This document shows positions 43,951 through 45,757 of a DNA stretch of 45,757 bases, one piece after another (positions within the stretch are counted from its first letter, which is position 1; each line of letters begins with the position of its first letter). Under the pieces are notes generated by a model, which was not told where the DNA came from, did no database searches, and saw only the letters and a program-made list of their open reading frames with translations. The stretch comes from Desulfomonilia bacterium (lineage in GTDB: Bacteria > Desulfobacterota > Desulfomonilia > UBA1062): positions 1-45,757 of the forward strand of contig JBASVF010000200.1 in assembly GCA_049275795.1 (NCBI GenBank), given 5' to 3'. The position numbers and the translations under genes were made by a program.

Positions 43951-45420
43951 TTATCGGTTTCGCCTCTTAGCCTTCTTTACTGCCTTCCGCATGTTCTTCT
44001 TTTTTTTCAGATCCACCAGGGTCTTTTTCGGCCTGTTCGGGATCTGCTCGCCGAGCATGTCCGAGAGCCCGGGGTTGATCCCGAGCCTGCCCAAGGCCTT
44101 CTTCTTGCCCGAGCCCAAGTTTCGCATGAGGGTGCGCATGGTGTTGAACCTGCCCATGAGCTCCACCACCTTGGCGTGCGGCTGCCCGCACCCCCGGGAG
44201 ATCCGCTCCACCCGGCTCTCGTTGAGGATGTCGGGATGCTCGCGCTCGTAGGCGGTCATGGAGTTGATGACCGCTTCCACGCGTGCGAGCTCGCGGTCGT
44301 CCACCTGGAAGCCTTGCGGGATGCCGAGCTGCCCCAGGGGCAGCTTCCCGATAATATCGGTGAGCGAGCCCATTTTCTTCATGACTTTGAGCTGCTTGAG
44401 GAAGTCGTTGTACGTGAAGTCGCCCCTCAAGAGCTTGGCCGCGTCCTCCTCGGCCTTCTTCTCATCCACCACTTCCTCGAAGTCCTTCATCAGGCCCACG
44501 ATGTCACCGTGGCCGAGGATCCTCGAGGCAAGCCCCTCGGGGCGGAACTCCTCGAGCCGGTCCAGCGATTCGCCCATGCCGATGAACTTGATGGGCTTGT
44601 TCACCATCTCCTTGATGGACAGGGCGGCCCCGCCCCGTGCATCGCCGTCGAGCTTGGTGAGGATGAAGCCCGAGAGGTCGAGCCTGCGGTCGAACTCCCT
44701 GGCCACGTTCACGGACTCCTGGCCGATCATGGCATCGAGGACGAGTAGGATGTTCTCAGGCCTGGTGATGCTCCGGATCTCCTCGAGTTCTCCCATGAGC
44801 GTTTCGTCGAGGATGGTGCGGCCCGCGGTGTCGAAGAGCACCACGTTGCAGCCCTTGAAGCGCGCTGCCTCCAGGGAGTCCCTGCATATCTCCGGCGGGG
44901 TCTTGCCCGGCGCGAAGAACACCGGTATCCCCAGCTTGCCGCCCAGCACCTTGAGCTGGTCGATGGCCGCAGGGCGGTACACGTCGGCCGCGACCATCAT
45001 GGGCTTCTTCCCGCTTTTCTGCAGGAACCGGGCGAGCTTTGCCGTGGTGGTGGTCTTGCCGCTTCCCTGGAGGCCCACCATCATGATGGCCCCGACCTCC
45101 CGCTTGCCCAGGTCGAGCGAGACGTCGACCGGGCCCATGAGGTTCACCAGTTCGTCGTAGCAGATCTTGACGAAGTGCTGCTCGGGCGTGGCCTTGAGCT
45201 TCCGGCCGCCGTGGGACACCCGGGTCTGGACGATCTCGCCCAGCGCCTTGTTCCTTACCCTCTCGAGGAAGGATTTGACCACGTGGAACTCGACGTCGGC
45301 CTCCAGGAGCGATATCCGGATCTCTTTGATGGCTTCGTCGATGTGCTTCTCCTGGAGGACCACCTTTCCCTGGAGCAGATCCTGGGCTTTCCTGAATCCG
45401 CCTGATATCATTTCCAGCAT
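43951..45420 (-). CDS. ffh: signal recognition particle protein Ffh
   Basis: N domain ..IKEIRISLLEADVEF, G domain GLQGSGKTTTTAKLA / DTAGR / TKLDGDARGG, and M domain with a Met-rich region and a basic tail. Confidence 0.95.
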   Translation of the reverse strand: MLEMISGGFRKAQDLLQGKVVLQEKHIDEAIKEIRISLLEADVEFHVVKSFLERVRNKALGEIVQTRVSHGGRKLKATPEQHFVKICYDELVNLMGPVDVSLDLGKREVGAIMMVGLQGSGKTTTTAKLARFLQKSGKKPMMVAADVYRPAAIDQLKVLGGKLGIPVFFAPGKTPPEICRDSLEAARFKGCNVVLFDTAGRTILDETLMGELEEIRSITRPENILLVLDAMIGQESVNVAREFDRRLDLSGFILTKLDGDARGGAALSIKEMVNKPIKFIGMGESLDRLEEFRPEGLASRILGHGDIVGLMKDFEEVVDEKKAEEDAAKLLRGDFTYNDFLKQLKVMKKMGSLTDIIGKLPLGQLGIPQGFQVDDRELARVEAVINSMTAYEREHPDILNESRVERISRGCGQPHAKVVELMGRFNTMRTLMRNLGSGKKKALGRLGINPGLSDMLGEQIPNRPKKTLVDLKKKKNMRKAVKKAKRRNR

Positions 45421-45649
45421 ATTGCTTCTCCTGTAGTTTGTCGAAGGGAACCGGCGCCGTGGAGGGCGCCCGGCCGGCGTGCCTGCGTCACTCGTTCTCG
45501 CTGAGCGATCAAACCTCTATCACGATGGCATTCCATGGATCTTTCGCAGCACCCTTTGAAATATCCATAACATAATGTCAAGCATCTTGCACAGGGCTTT
45601 TGCCCGCGGATCCTTTCCCGGCGCGTGGAAACCCTGGAGCATGATGAAA

Positions 45650-45680
45650 GAGGCCTCCGGGGCGATGCCCCGAAGGCCTC
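45650..45680 (-). terminator. GC-rich hairpin, possible terminator of a gene beyond the window end
   Basis: GAGGCCTCCGGGGC (45650-45663) pairs with GCCCCGAAGGCCTC (45667-45680), 13 of 14 bp. On the minus strand only a short TTT follows. Confidence 0.25.
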
Positions 45681-45757
45681 TCGTCTCGCTGTCCTCACCC
45701 ATGCCCCGTGCATGCGCGCCGCCGGAGGCATGGTGGTCGCGGCTCCCCCTTTAGCGG

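Noticed and set aside
41948-44251. 767-aa + strand ORF; similar cases are 8939..10687(-), 37305..38906(+), 22989..24236(+), 5441..6484(+) and 13864..14835(+)
   Set aside because: All are antisense or out of frame relative to genes with clear homology signatures. Their translations are Arg/Gly/Pro/Ala/His-rich with no motifs. They are GC-bias artefacts.
1-45757. Mobile genetic element, prophage or defence island
   Set aside because: I recognised no integrase, transposase, recombinase, phage structural gene, restriction/modification gene, nuclease/helicase defence gene or flanking tRNA. The duplication and gene remnants at 15-21 kb lack IS-like terminal repeats.

Overview
GC-rich bacterial chromosomal window. 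The gene content (NifS/NifU, tungsten-type aldehyde:ferredoxin oxidoreductase, Fe-alcohol dehydrogenase, sigma-54 regulator, PEP-CTERM protein) suggests an anaerobic Desulfobacterota/deltaproteobacterium-like organism, but that is inference only. I recognise about 45 protein-coding genes or gene remnants. I found no rRNA, tRNA, CRISPR array, transposase or integrase. Layout by region: (1) 0.2-7.9 kb holds a repeat-containing membrane protein, an unknown 276-aa protein coupled to a B12-type radical SAM enzyme, a divergent CcsA/ResB-like pair, nifU-nifS, a PNPOx-like flavoprotein and a Zn-ribbon protein. (2) 8.2-21.2 kb looks accessory and partly decayed. It holds a flavoprotein remnant, a frameshifted DUF4125 gene plus DUF4037, an AOR-ADH operon with a PAS-LuxR regulator, and two paralogous large lipoproteins produced by a segmental duplication. 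It also holds otsA and BTAD remnants and a PEP-CTERM/DUF1566-like gene carrying a nonsense codon. (3) 20.6-24.8 kb is a translationally coupled DUF5752-TreT-OtsB-OtsA trehalose operon in which otsA is frameshifted. (4) 25.5-29.0 kb is an array of five secreted ComEA-like helix-hairpin-helix proteins with 8 modules in total. Seven modules have non-canonical, acidic hairpins, and I consider this the most unusual element. (5) 29.1-34.6 kb holds cbpA-like dnaJ, a polyprenyl synthase, a DUF2520::RfaE-II fusion, an unknown 303-aa protein and comF. (6) 34.6-43.9 kb is a PEP-CTERM-type exopolysaccharide export module: BY-kinase, ExeA-like ATPase-LysM-SPOR, chain-length determinant, OM beta-barrel and Wza-like exporter, with a sigma-54 response regulator and a soluble GAF-PAS histidine kinase. 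(7) ffh closes the window. All family assignments come from reading motifs in the translations. No database search was possible.
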